Virus record (IMG/VR): IMGVR_UViG_3300009095_000023
Location: 1 to 47,437 of that record
Length of the DNA: 47,437 nt
Source of the DNA: a virus
Taxonomy: Duplodnaviria > Caudoviricetes
Strand: one strand, 5' to 3'
The notes beneath the pieces were generated by a model. The model was given only the letters and a program-made list of their open reading frames with translations, made no database searches and was not told the DNA's origin. This document shows positions 34,301 through 43,073 of this stretch, piece by piece; within the stretch, counting starts at the first letter, position 1; each line of letters opens with the position of its first letter. Position numbers and translations under genes: made by a program.

Positions 34301-35518
34301 ATGATCACTCAAGCCACAAAAGAGCAATGGAATAATGTTGAGCGAATCAAGGACTGGTGGCTGACCACGCAGCTCGTCGAGCAGTATTCAGACGAGACCA
34401 TGCGAGCTTCAGCATCCGCGATGCTGTCTGCGATGGGCCAGTCGGTCCCGCTAATTCTATGCGTAAGCAGCCCCATTGAGGCACGTCTGTATAGCGGTGT
34501 GATTTCGCGACTCAACTCGAAACTCAACTCGAAACTCAACTCGCAACTCGACTCGCAACTCAGGTCGCAACTCAGTTCGCAACTCAGGTCGCAACTCAAC
34601 TCGAAACTCAACTCGAAACTCGACTCGCAACTCAGTTCGCAACTCAGGTCGCAACTCAGGTCGCAACTCTGGTCGCAACTCGATTCGCAACTCTGGTCGC
34701 AACTCGATTCGCAACTCTGGTCGCAACTCGACTCGCAACTCAGGTCGCAACTCAGTTCGCAACTCAGGTCGCAACTCGACTCGCAACTCGACTCGCAACT
34801 CAGCTCGCAACTCAGGTCGCAACTCGACCTGTATTGCGGCCTGTGGTGGAGAACATGGGCGGGGTGCTACGAAGGCGCGACTGTGCTCGGTGTTGAGTTC
34901 GAAAACCTGAAATACGAACTATTTCGCCGGTTTTGCCTCCACTGTCCTATTTGGATGTGGGACCAGTCCGCAATCTACCTACTGCGTAACCCCACGGAAG
35001 CACATTGGAACGATGGCCTTTTGCACCGCGACGGAGGCCCCGCCGTCAAATACTCCACCACCTTCGCACTGTGGTCGCTTAATGGTGTCTCTGTTCCTCA
35101 ATGGCTGGCCGAAACACCAAGCGAGCAACTGGATTGTAAGCAAGTCGTTGCATTAGCCAACGTCGAGCAGCGGCGTGAAGGTGTACGCAAGATCGGCACG
35201 GAACGTCTACTGTACAAACTCGGATCGAAAACGCTCGACACCTGCGGCGAAATGTACACCCTGGTTGAAATTGACCTTGGACTGCGGCGCCCAGTTAGGG
35301 CGCTGAAGATGGCAAACCCCAGCATGCCGGAAGTGTGGCACGTCGAGTTTGTCCCACCGAGCATCGAAACTGTCCAAGAGGCGTTGAATTTTCGGAACGG
35401 ATTCACTGCCGAGCAGATTGATGACGAGAATGGATCAGACTGGATACAGCAGGGTGATGTTTTAATTAAGCCTGCCGGAGCGACCAAGTTCAAGAGTCGA
35501 CCGGCGCAACTGACCTAA
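34301..35518 (+). CDS. DUF6745-like protein with SQLx tetrapeptide repeats
   Basis: RBS AAGGAG; 'SP', 'LHRDGGPAV.Y', 'NGV.VP', 'N.EQRR...IG.ER'. Confidence 0.7.
   Translation: MITQATKEQWNNVERIKDWWLTTQLVEQYSDETMRASASAMLSAMGQSVPLILCVSSPIEARLYSGVISRLNSKLNSKLNSQLDSQLRSQLSSQLRSQLNSKLNSKLDSQLSSQLRSQLRSQLWSQLDSQLWSQLDSQLWSQLDSQLRSQLSSQLRSQLDSQLDSQLSSQLRSQLDLYCGLWWRTWAGCYEGATVLGVEFENLKYELFRRFCLHCPIWMWDQSAIYLLRNPTEAHWNDGLLHRDGGPAVKYSTTFALWSLNGVSVPQWLAETPSEQLDCKQVVALANVEQRREGVRKIGTERLLYKLGSKTLDTCGEMYTLVEIDLGLRRPVRALKMANPSMPEVWHVEFVPPSIETVQEALNFRNGFTAEQIDDENGSDWIQQGDVLIKPAGATKFKSRPAQLT
34505..34828 (+). repeat. 12-bp tandem repeat x27 (TCGCAACTCnnn)
   Basis: Encodes S(Q/K/R)L(N/D/R/S/W) x27. Confidence 0.95.
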
Positions 35519-35528
35519 AGGAGAAGAG

Positions 35529-35774
35529 ATGAAGGAATGTACCGACAAAGCCTTAGCATACGGCGAAGTGACTGGCCACATGCACCGTGCCACGGCAGAC
35601 ACCGCCAAGGTTTACGAGCACGACGGCGGAACCCGTACGCTTTCTGCACCTCATGGCACGCCTGTTGTGCACGAAGAGCATAACACTGTTCAGGTTCCTC
35701 CCGGGGAATACGTCCGCGAGATTGTCAAGGAGTTCGATCCGTTTGAGGAGGAGGTCCGCGAAGTCAAAGATTAA
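35529..35774 (+). CDS. Small His-motif protein (GE.TGH.H...HEEH)
   Basis: RBS AAGGAG; similar to 39623-40069. Confidence 0.65.
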   Translation: MKECTDKALAYGEVTGHMHRATADTAKVYEHDGGTRTLSAPHGTPVVHEEHNTVQVPPGEYVREIVKEFDPFEEEVREVKD

Positions 35775-35906
35775 CGCCTTCGGGCACTCCCTGACGAACT
35801 GGCCGATCTGACGGGGGGGATTGTTACCAGGCCGATGAAAGGACTCTATGACACAGACTGTGTGAAGATTTATTGGTCGCCCGCCGTGAGCGCATCACGG
35901 CACACC

Positions 35907-35979
35907 GACCCCGTAGCTCAATCGGATAGATCAGTGAGCTTCGAGCTCTCAGGTGCAGGTTCGAGTCCTGCCGGGGTCG
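35907..35979 (+). tRNA. tRNA-Arg(UCG), atypical (two stem mismatches)
   Basis: Acceptor GACCCCG/CGGGGTC; T-arm GCAGG-TTCGAGT-CCTGC; anticodon TCG at 35941-35943; no encoded CCA. Confidence 0.75.
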
Positions 35980-36403
35980 CTCACAAGGAAGCATTAAACA
36001 AACACGTCAGGACAAAGCAATGGGCAGCACGCCACACGAAGAATTTCCGGAACAGAGCATCCCACGAGGGAATCGAATGTTTCAGATCAACGAAGACGAC
36101 CTGTGTGATCTGGAGCGAATTGTCCCGGAAATCTGCGATAGGTTGCAACTCGCACAAGCTGGAAAACAGCAAGGGGAGTTGCTAACCAAGATTCGCAAAC
36201 TGCAAATCATCTTGACGAACATCCGCTGGAATTACGGACCGCATTCGGAAACAGAGGGGATCGACGCACAGTGAGCAGCCAACAAAAAGGAATCGCATGA
36301 GCAATCTTCAATACATGCTGTTATTCGTCGTCAGCCTGTTCGCCGCGAGTTGCGTGGGACTGATGGTTTTCTCCGTTATCGTCGATGGATGGAGGAGTGA
36401 GTA

Positions 36404-36748
36404 ATGGCTGAGACAACAATCGAGTGGACGGCGACGAAGAGACCGAAGCGAATTCAGAGGAAGCGGACGAAGGGCTGGAGGATGCCAGCCAATACGGTCT
36501 ACGTTGGACGTCCGACGATGTGGGGAAACCCGTTTTCTCCATCTTCTGATGTTGTGGAATGCATTGAAGCTTACCGCAAAGGGATCGAAACCGGGGCGTG
36601 GGGCATCACTGTTGAGGACGTTATTCGGGAGCTTCGTGGGAAAGATTTGTGCTGCTGGTGCGGGCTCGACCAACCATGCCATGCCGACGTGCTCCTGGAA
36701 CTTGCGAATAAACACGGAACTGATGGAGTTGCTGAGAGAAGTTGTTGA
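36404..36748 (+). CDS. DUF4326-like protein
   Basis: 'VYVGRPT.WGNPF' and 'LRGKDL.CWC....CHADVL'. Confidence 0.8.
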   Translation: MAETTIEWTATKRPKRIQRKRTKGWRMPANTVYVGRPTMWGNPFSPSSDVVECIEAYRKGIETGAWGITVEDVIRELRGKDLCCWCGLDQPCHADVLLELANKHGTDGVAERSC

Positions 36749-36840
36749 GGACGGGTACAAGCACTGCTGCAAGTGCGATTCGTGTTCTGATATAAGACGA
36801 CGCATCGACGCGATTCTCGCCAAGCGCAAGGAGGTAAACC

Positions 36841-37173
36841 GTGATTGACAACACAACAAAACCATGTCCGTCCTATGCTCCGATCTACGCCATGCTTTAT
36901 CCGGAGTTGGCAGCGATTGCACGAAGGCATGGTTATGCCCTGGCTGCTCACGGAAGCCTGAGACGCGACTTTGATTTGATCGCCGTCCCGTGGGTTGAGT
37001 TGCCGTCGAACCCGATAACTGTGATTCGGGAAATCACCAGTACGTTTGACATCCGGCTAATCGGTGAAGGAACTCGGAAGCTACACGGTCGAACCGCTTA
37101 CTCGATTTCACTAAGTGGGCAGTGCGCATTGGACTTGTCGTTCATGGACGCCAAGCACAAGGAGGGAAAATGA
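36841..37173 (+). CDS. Hypothetical phage protein (nucleotidyltransferase-like motif)
   Basis: 'GYAL..HGS..RD.DLIA.PW'. Confidence 0.55.
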   Translation: MIDNTTKPCPSYAPIYAMLYPELAAIARRHGYALAAHGSLRRDFDLIAVPWVELPSNPITVIREITSTFDIRLIGEGTRKLHGRTAYSISLSGQCALDLSFMDAKHKEGK

Positions 37174-37646
37174 GAAATGCAAACGAACCGGCGTTGAAAG
37201 CCAAGATTTCATGTCGCGGACGTGACAATATTAGGCGACGAATCACAAGAAACGACTTCCCGATCAACACGCCGATTCCATTTGAGGCATTCATAGACGG
37301 AAATTGCGGATGGGAGTTTGATGCACCACTTCACTTTTTGAAACCGTTTCACCGCTATCACGAAGTCAGATCGACCTGCAAAGAAACTATCGAGGCGAAG
37401 ATCCAAGACTTAATGATTGACGTCTCGTGCGACCTGGAGATTTACGAGTCAGCGAACTACTGGCCGTACGAAGAAAAGAAGTATGTCGAAGGTCTGATGT
37501 CCAGGCTTCGTCGCGGCAAGGGTCGTCGAGGCGTGGCGTACTTCAGCGGATTCTTGATTGTCAAATCGATGCCTACACCTGAGCAGATAGCTGAAGGTAG
37601 ATCACTTGATTACGAAATCACGTGGCAGCAATGCCACCTTCAGTGA
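37170..37646 (+). CDS. Hypothetical protein
   Basis: RBS AAGGAGG; ATGA overlap. Confidence 0.55.
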   Translation: MRNANEPALKAKISCRGRDNIRRRITRNDFPINTPIPFEAFIDGNCGWEFDAPLHFLKPFHRYHEVRSTCKETIEAKIQDLMIDVSCDLEIYESANYWPYEEKKYVEGLMSRLRRGKGRRGVAYFSGFLIVKSMPTPEQIAEGRSLDYEITWQQCHLQ

Positions 37647-37714
37647 TCAGACTTAACAATAAAACAATAAGTGGAGTAAGTGGAGTCGGATAACGAAAAC
37701 CGAAAGGTGTAATA

Positions 37715-38233
37715 ATGAGTGACGAACTGAAATATCCGTGGGATGGCTATGGAGAAACACGAGCAAAGGCAATGCAAGCGTGGGCTATGTCTGTGACAGG
37801 AGAAGCAGCATTTGCCGACGCAGAGCCTGAGCCAGAAATGGAGGCATTGTTTGAGAAGCTCGTTGCAGCCGCAGTCCGCTTCGGGTTCGAGCAGCGGCAG
37901 GAGGAGATTGAGCGGCTGAACTGCAAGCTCAATGCTCTACGGCACACAAACCTGAAAGTCTGCGAGGCACTTCAGATCCCTCTTGACGGTTCTGAGTGTC
38001 CCGGAAACAGCGACCCGAAAGGGAAGCCGTCCGAGATGCTGTTGCGGCATGTACAGCAGCTTCGCCAGCAGTACGGTGAACTGGTGGAGATGCTGAGAAA
38101 GCACCTTGATTCGTTCCCGGAGCTGAACATGAGAAACTACGAGCATGAGGACGTTGACAACCTGAACTCATGGGCTGTGCAGTTCGTTCTCGCAGCGGAT
38201 ACTAAACTCGCCAAGCACAAGGAGGAAAAATGA
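37715..38233 (+). CDS. Hypothetical coiled-coil protein
   Basis: RBS AAGGTG; 172 aa. Confidence 0.55.
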   Translation: MSDELKYPWDGYGETRAKAMQAWAMSVTGEAAFADAEPEPEMEALFEKLVAAAVRFGFEQRQEEIERLNCKLNALRHTNLKVCEALQIPLDGSECPGNSDPKGKPSEMLLRHVQQLRQQYGELVEMLRKHLDSFPELNMRNYEHEDVDNLNSWAVQFVLAADTKLAKHKEEK

Positions 38234-38595
38234 GCAATGCAAACGAACCTGAGTTGAAAGCATACAAGATTTCATGTCGCGACGACGATCATGGTCAATG
38301 TGTCGTCTTTGCCGAAAATGCGAAGAAAGTCAACCGTCGATGGAACTCAGAAAATTGCGATTGCAAGTTCATCGAAATCCGAATCCACCGCGTTCCTGAA
38401 TTCGACAAGTATTCTCCCGGTCCGGTGACAATTGAGCAGTATCTCGCAGAGGGCTGGCACTGGGCATGTCGCTGTTGCGGTCGTCAGGTATGGGCCGAAG
38501 ACAACCCGGTTGTCGTGAACAGCCTGGTCTATCACGGTGTCGAGTGTGTTAAGGACACCGAAATTAGCGTGCAACTGCAAAGGAGAGTAGTGTGA
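38230..38595 (+). CDS. Cys-rich hypothetical protein
   Basis: RBS AAGGAGG; 'GW...C..CG'. Confidence 0.55.
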   Translation: MSNANEPELKAYKISCRDDDHGQCVVFAENAKKVNRRWNSENCDCKFIEIRIHRVPEFDKYSPGPVTIEQYLAEGWHWACRCCGRQVWAEDNPVVVNSLVYHGVECVKDTEISVQLQRRVV

Positions 38596-39623
38596 TTGAG
38601 AAGTTGACGCAGGCTCAAATTGACCGATTCCCGGAGTTTGTCGACAAGTGGACTCGTATTGGCCTTTGCACAGATCCCGCAGACAGACCGCGAGCGGAAG
38701 CCGGAATACGCGAGTCGTATAAGATTGCAGGGCTCGAGCCGCCTAAGCGGATCGTCTGGTGCGGATCGCCACTATCTGCGGGACTCACCCGAGCCTTGAT
38801 GCTCGAGTCAAAAGAGTCGGATGTCGGGGAATCGGTCCGGGAATCGGTCGCGGCTTCGGTCGCGGATTCGGTCCGGGCTTCGGTCTGGAATTCGGTCGCG
38901 GATTCGGTCGCGGCTTCGGTCTGGGCTTCGGTCTGGGATTCGGTCGCGGATTCGGTCGCGGCTTCGGTCTGGGATTCGGTCCGGGCTTCGGTCTGGGCTT
39001 CAGTCATGGACTCTGTCCACGGTCAACATGACGCGAGCTGGCTGGGATTCTACGACTATTTCCGGGAAGTGTGTGGCTTGTCAAAAGAGACGCAAAAGTT
39101 GTGCGGTCTGTGGGAAGTTGCTCAGTCCGCAGGCTGGTGGCTTCCACATGAAAACATTTGCTGGGTGAGCGAACGACACCACACCCTTGAACTTAATGCA
39201 GACGGACTTCTGCATTGTGAATCTGGGCCCGCAGTAGAATACCCGGATGGGTTTCAAGTCTGGGCCATCGACGGAATCCGTGTCGATGAGCAGATTGTCT
39301 TGCGGCCTGAGTCGCAGACCTTGAGCCAGATCGACAATGAACAAAACGGAGATGTTCGATCAATCCGGATCGAGCGTTTTGGGTGGCCCCGGTACCTGAG
39401 AGAGTCCGGAGCTCAAGTGATCGACTCCCGGACCAATGAAATTGAAGGTACCATGGAATCACTGTGCCGCACAAAAGATGGAAGTTTGCGCCTGATGGCG
39501 ACGTGCCCATCAGGCAAACAGGTGTGCATGGGGCTGCCTCCAGGCGAGGTGGAAACATGCGAACAGGCCCAGCGATGGCTTGCTGGACCATTCTCTAATC
39601 GAGTTTGTATTGGGAGAACTTAA
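38592..39623 (+). CDS. DUF6745-like protein with xSVx repeats
   Basis: 'GQH.A.W..FYD.F', 'GWW.P', 'LHC..GPA..YPDG', 'GIRV'. Confidence 0.75.
   Translation: MIEKLTQAQIDRFPEFVDKWTRIGLCTDPADRPRAEAGIRESYKIAGLEPPKRIVWCGSPLSAGLTRALMLESKESDVGESVRESVAASVADSVRASVWNSVADSVAASVWASVWDSVADSVAASVWDSVRASVWASVMDSVHGQHDASWLGFYDYFREVCGLSKETQKLCGLWEVAQSAGWWLPHENICWVSERHHTLELNADGLLHCESGPAVEYPDGFQVWAIDGIRVDEQIVLRPESQTLSQIDNEQNGDVRSIRIERFGWPRYLRESGAQVIDSRTNEIEGTMESLCRTKDGSLRLMATCPSGKQVCMGLPPGEVETCEQAQRWLAGPFSNRVCIGRT
38829..39020 (+). repeat. 12-bp tandem repeat x16 (nnTTCGGTCnnG)
   Basis: Encodes (E/A/D/N)SV(R/A/W/M/H) x16. Confidence 0.9.
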
Positions 39624-40069
39624 TGATGACGAAGCAAATCGAAGCCGTGTGTGAACAGCACAAGTCCCATCTGGAATCCATCGAGCATGGAAAGCCGGAA
39701 CGACTTTCCGAAGCGATGACCGATAATGAGTTTTTTGCTCAGGGCGACCTGAACATCGGCCCGATCAGTCAGATTCCAGAGGGGTATAAGCGAGTCGAGC
39801 AGCCGACTCCCGCGGATCGGCAACTTGTAAAAGGAGAGACGGTCGGTTCGAAGCATTGCCTGACGTCTCTGCAAGGGGTGGAGATTTACCACCCTGACGA
39901 CTGGACTGAGGAATCTCTCTTGGGACCGGTTCTGGTGTTCCGTCAAGAAGGCACCATCACCCATCCAACTCACGGTGACGTCATTGTTCCAGCGGGTATG
40001 ACAGTGCAGATCGGCTATCAGCGAGAATACGACGCAGAGCAGAGGCGCGAGAGGCGGTCGCGGGATTGA
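39623..40069 (+). CDS. Small His-motif protein (QGD...G.T.GS.H...HPTH)
   Basis: TAATG coupling; similar to 35529-35774. Confidence 0.65.
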   Translation: MMTKQIEAVCEQHKSHLESIEHGKPERLSEAMTDNEFFAQGDLNIGPISQIPEGYKRVEQPTPADRQLVKGETVGSKHCLTSLQGVEIYHPDDWTEESLLGPVLVFRQEGTITHPTHGDVIVPAGMTVQIGYQREYDAEQRRERRSRD

Positions 40070-40070
40070 A

Positions 40071-40388
40071 ATGACTGAACCGCGAACACCAACCGACGTC
40101 CTGTCGAATGCGTGCATTGCCGAAGCCGCGGACAGGATTGAAGAGCTTGCACGGCTGCTGAGGCGTTGTGCTGTGTACGTGCAGAGCTTCGACGGCGGGC
40201 AGGGAGACGCAGAATCGTGTTCTGCTGCGATCGAAACTCCCCTGGAGGAGATCCCGGAACTGGTCAACAGCCGAGTCGCAGAGATGGAGACTCGCATGGC
40301 GAAGCTCAGATCCGAGAACGCGCGCCTGAGAGCATCGGTCGGACACCTGCAACAGGAACTCGCAATGGCAAGGAGACGTGGGGAATGA
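40071..40388 (+). CDS. Hypothetical protein
   Basis: 'EAADRIEEL' coiled-coil phage motif. Confidence 0.5.
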   Translation: MTEPRTPTDVLSNACIAEAADRIEELARLLRRCAVYVQSFDGGQGDAESCSAAIETPLEEIPELVNSRVAEMETRMAKLRSENARLRASVGHLQQELAMARRRGE

Positions 40389-40720
40389 GCTATTCGATTG
40401 AGGAAGCACGCAATCTGCTGAGACTGGCCTGTGTCACCTTTGACGGCGACGAGGATGATGATCCTGCTGTCAACGAGAAACTCAAGCAGACTCTCAACAT
40501 GAATGATGTCTGGGGTTGGGGCACTGCGTATGGTGAGTACATTCCTGACGAAGAGCTTCCGGAGGTTGCTGGATTGTTCTGCAGTTATGGCTTTTGTGGC
40601 CTGGCGTATTGGGTCAGCGAGCGAAACGGTGGAATGATGTCCGAGTTCCACGACATTAACAGGGCAATCGAGTTTGTGCGGCACGAAGAGAGCCTGCGAA
40701 AGGACGAAACCAAAGGCTGA
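40385..40720 (+). CDS. Hypothetical protein
   Basis: ATGA overlap; 111 aa. Confidence 0.5.
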   Translation: MSYSIEEARNLLRLACVTFDGDEDDDPAVNEKLKQTLNMNDVWGWGTAYGEYIPDEELPEVAGLFCSYGFCGLAYWVSERNGGMMSEFHDINRAIEFVRHEESLRKDETKG

Positions 40721-41026
40721 TTGGGAGGCTTTGCGAAATTTTATCGACCGTAAGCATTCCCAGCCCGAAGGGCTTAGTGGCGAGCAGATCGCACAAGTAC
40801 CGGAGATTTTGGAAGTGAAGGAACATGATCAAGCTGCCATCGGTTGAACAAGCGGATCACTGGAAACACGACAAGCGCCCTAAGCCGTGGAAACAGTGGC
40901 TCAAGAAACGTAAAGCAAGAGCGGAACGACGGCTTGCGAAAAGAGACCCCGAACACCCGCCCGGATATGGAAAGCACAAAGGATGGAATTTATGACCGAC
41001 GGAGCAAGACGGAGGTAAGTAAAAAG

Positions 41027-41272
41027 ATGAAGGCAGTAAAGATAAAAGCACGAATTAAAGATAACCTGATCGACGTGATTGATTCCTACTTCGACGGAAG
41101 CGAGGGTCACAGGTCGGACCCTGTATTCGCGGCTCTTGCAGAGCGAATTTCAGGGAAGGTTGTAACACTGCGGATCATCGGTGGTGACACGCCTGACGAG
41201 GAAGTTTACGCGTTTGAGGAAGTTGATAACAACTACTGGTTGCCGGACTGCTGCTGGGAGGAAGTGGAATGA
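41027..41272 (+). CDS. Hypothetical protein
   Basis: RBS GGAGG upstream. Confidence 0.45.
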   Translation: MKAVKIKARIKDNLIDVIDSYFDGSEGHRSDPVFAALAERISGKVVTLRIIGGDTPDEEVYAFEEVDNNYWLPDCCWEEVE

Positions 41273-41344
41273 AACCAAAGCCAGCACAGAAACGGACACT
41301 GGAGATGTTCAGATCACACTCGAAGTCAGGAAGGCGTTAGAGCA

Positions 41345-41842
41345 ATGAGTGATTTATCAGGCGTGGTGAACGAACAAAAATCCCTTATTGCGAAACTCAA
41401 ATCCGAGAACTCGCAACTCAGGGCCAAGTGCGGCCACTTGGAGCAGGAGTTGTCAATGCTTCGGTCCCGCGAGATGTGCGCCGACGACATCGCGGATTAC
41501 ACGGAGGACCGGGCGAAGTTGGTGGCGGAGATTAAGCGGCTGAAAACCGAACAGTTGCGGGTGGCTCAAGCCTACGATCCGTTATGTGAGCAGTATGATT
41601 TTAACGATCAGATTGCTGTGATGAAGTGCGCTGCCGACCACATGGAAGGATTGCGGGAAGCCGCTGAATACACGCGAGACGATCCCGAGGGCAATCTGAG
41701 GGACTTGCCGGACAGGTTGATCGGTGAGATTGAGAATCAGAAAGATCAGATTGAGGCGTTGCAGTCCGAGGTCCGCGAGCTGGTCAAAGTGCTGCGGGAG
41801 GTTTGCGATGACCTGCGGCTCATGGAAATGAGGGAAGGATAA
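41345..41842 (+). CDS. Coiled-coil hypothetical protein
   Basis: Shares an AKL.SEN..LRA..GHL.QEL segment with 40071-40388. Confidence 0.55.
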   Translation: MSDLSGVVNEQKSLIAKLKSENSQLRAKCGHLEQELSMLRSREMCADDIADYTEDRAKLVAEIKRLKTEQLRVAQAYDPLCEQYDFNDQIAVMKCAADHMEGLREAAEYTRDDPEGNLRDLPDRLIGEIENQKDQIEALQSEVRELVKVLREVCDDLRLMEMREG

Positions 41843-42026
41843 ATGGACATTTACATTGGTGGAATTTTTGCGTGGTTGCTCGCGGAACTGGCAAGGACCG
41901 TCGTGTTTGACGCACAAACCAACGTGTTCAAGAGCCTGTTACGTGCAGTATTGTGGCCGCTTTATGCTCTGGCTGGATTACTTGTGCTTTTCGCTGCCGT
42001 GATATTTTGACTCAGGAGAAAACGGA

Positions 42027-42353
42027 GTGACGAACGAGCAACTGAAAGACATCCTGGAATCTCTAAACGACGATGAGCGCGTGTCGTTCGCACGCACTGA
42101 ATCTGGGGATTTGAGGATCATCTACTCGCGAGGCGACAAGTACGTGAAGAGTGTTGTAAGTAGAGAAGTGATTCATCTGGAACGCTACAGTCCATTAGTT
42201 GAAGCGGTTTGCGCGGCACGGAGTAGACTCAGGAGAGAGATGGGGAACGAAGCCTGCGACGCCGAAGCATCCATCAATGCAGGTCTCACACAAAACGATT
42301 ACTGGCACTGGTTCGATCCGGAGGAAGGACAGCAGGAAAGGGACGACCAATGA
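42027..42353 (+). CDS. Hypothetical protein
   Basis: RBS AGGAG upstream of a GTG start. Confidence 0.5.
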   Translation: MTNEQLKDILESLNDDERVSFARTESGDLRIIYSRGDKYVKSVVSREVIHLERYSPLVEAVCAARSRLRREMGNEACDAEASINAGLTQNDYWHWFDPEEGQQERDDQ

Positions 42354-42565
42354 GCGAAAAAGTGGAGCCACGACAGGACGGAAAATGCGTCGGGTGTGAA
42401 ACGGCAATGGCAGTCACTATCGATGGTTTGCTCTGCAAGCGATGCCTGAAAACAGCACTGGATAACTCTGACCCACTGAAGGTTCGGGACTTGAACCGTC
42501 AGGGAACAGAGCAGATCGGACGACCCGCCCTGGACGCAAGAGTCATTGGCGGAGCCCCATTTTGA
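42350..42565 (+). CDS. Small CxxC-CxxC protein
   Basis: CVGC...CKRC. Confidence 0.5.
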   Translation: MSEKVEPRQDGKCVGCETAMAVTIDGLLCKRCLKTALDNSDPLKVRDLNRQGTEQIGRPALDARVIGGAPF

Positions 42566-42626
42566 TGTGAGGGGAAATAACTGCCGACAGTAGGACTTCT
42601 GGAAATTGTGATACAATCGCAGAGCC

Positions 42627-43073
42627 ATGAACGAGAACGAAAACCGCCATCCGGAGATTGTTGACCCAAGATCGTCTGGGGGGCAAGGGGGGCCATTGTA
42701 TCTCAAAGACGGTCCTGGTCAGACGTCTGATACTCGGCTGATCGAGCGTGCGATTCGCGAGCGATGGCCGATAAAGCCTGAGTACAGGACTGCAATTATC
42801 AATCGCCTATTGCGGATTGCGGTCTCTCCGGAAACTTCAGACCGTGAGGCAATTTCGGCGTCAAAAGCGATGATTGCGGCCGACAAGATCAACATCGACT
42901 TGGAAACAGCAAGCCAGCCGAAGGAGTCCCACACTCATCAGCACTTGCATTTGAATGTACCTCCTGACGAAGCGCGAGCGGCAATCGGTTCTGTCACTGA
43001 GCGATTGCGAATTGCGGGACTGGCTTCACCAGTGGAAGCCGGAAGCCCGGAGGAGTCTGATTCGCCAGCTTGA
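42627..43073 (+). CDS. Putative terminase small subunit
   Basis: Position before TerL; 'H.H.HLH' C-terminal motif; extended -10 TGaTACAAT just upstream. Confidence 0.5.
   Translation: MNENENRHPEIVDPRSSGGQGGPLYLKDGPGQTSDTRLIERAIRERWPIKPEYRTAIINRLLRIAVSPETSDREAISASKAMIAADKINIDLETASQPKESHTHQHLHLNVPPDEARAAIGSVTERLRIAGLASPVEAGSPEESDSPA

Larger units (their letters stand above)
37149..38281 (+). repeat. ~70-bp direct repeats spanning gene junctions (37149-37218 and 38209-38281)
   Basis: CGCCAAGCACAAGGAGG.AAAATGAG.AATGCAAACGAACC...CAAGATTTCATGTCGCG in both copies. Confidence 0.85.

Noticed and set aside
34505-34828. 12-bp tandem repeats as a CRISPR array or DGR
   Set aside because: No unique spacers, no reverse transcriptase and no template/variable repeat pair; they are in-frame coding repeats (same for 38829-39020).
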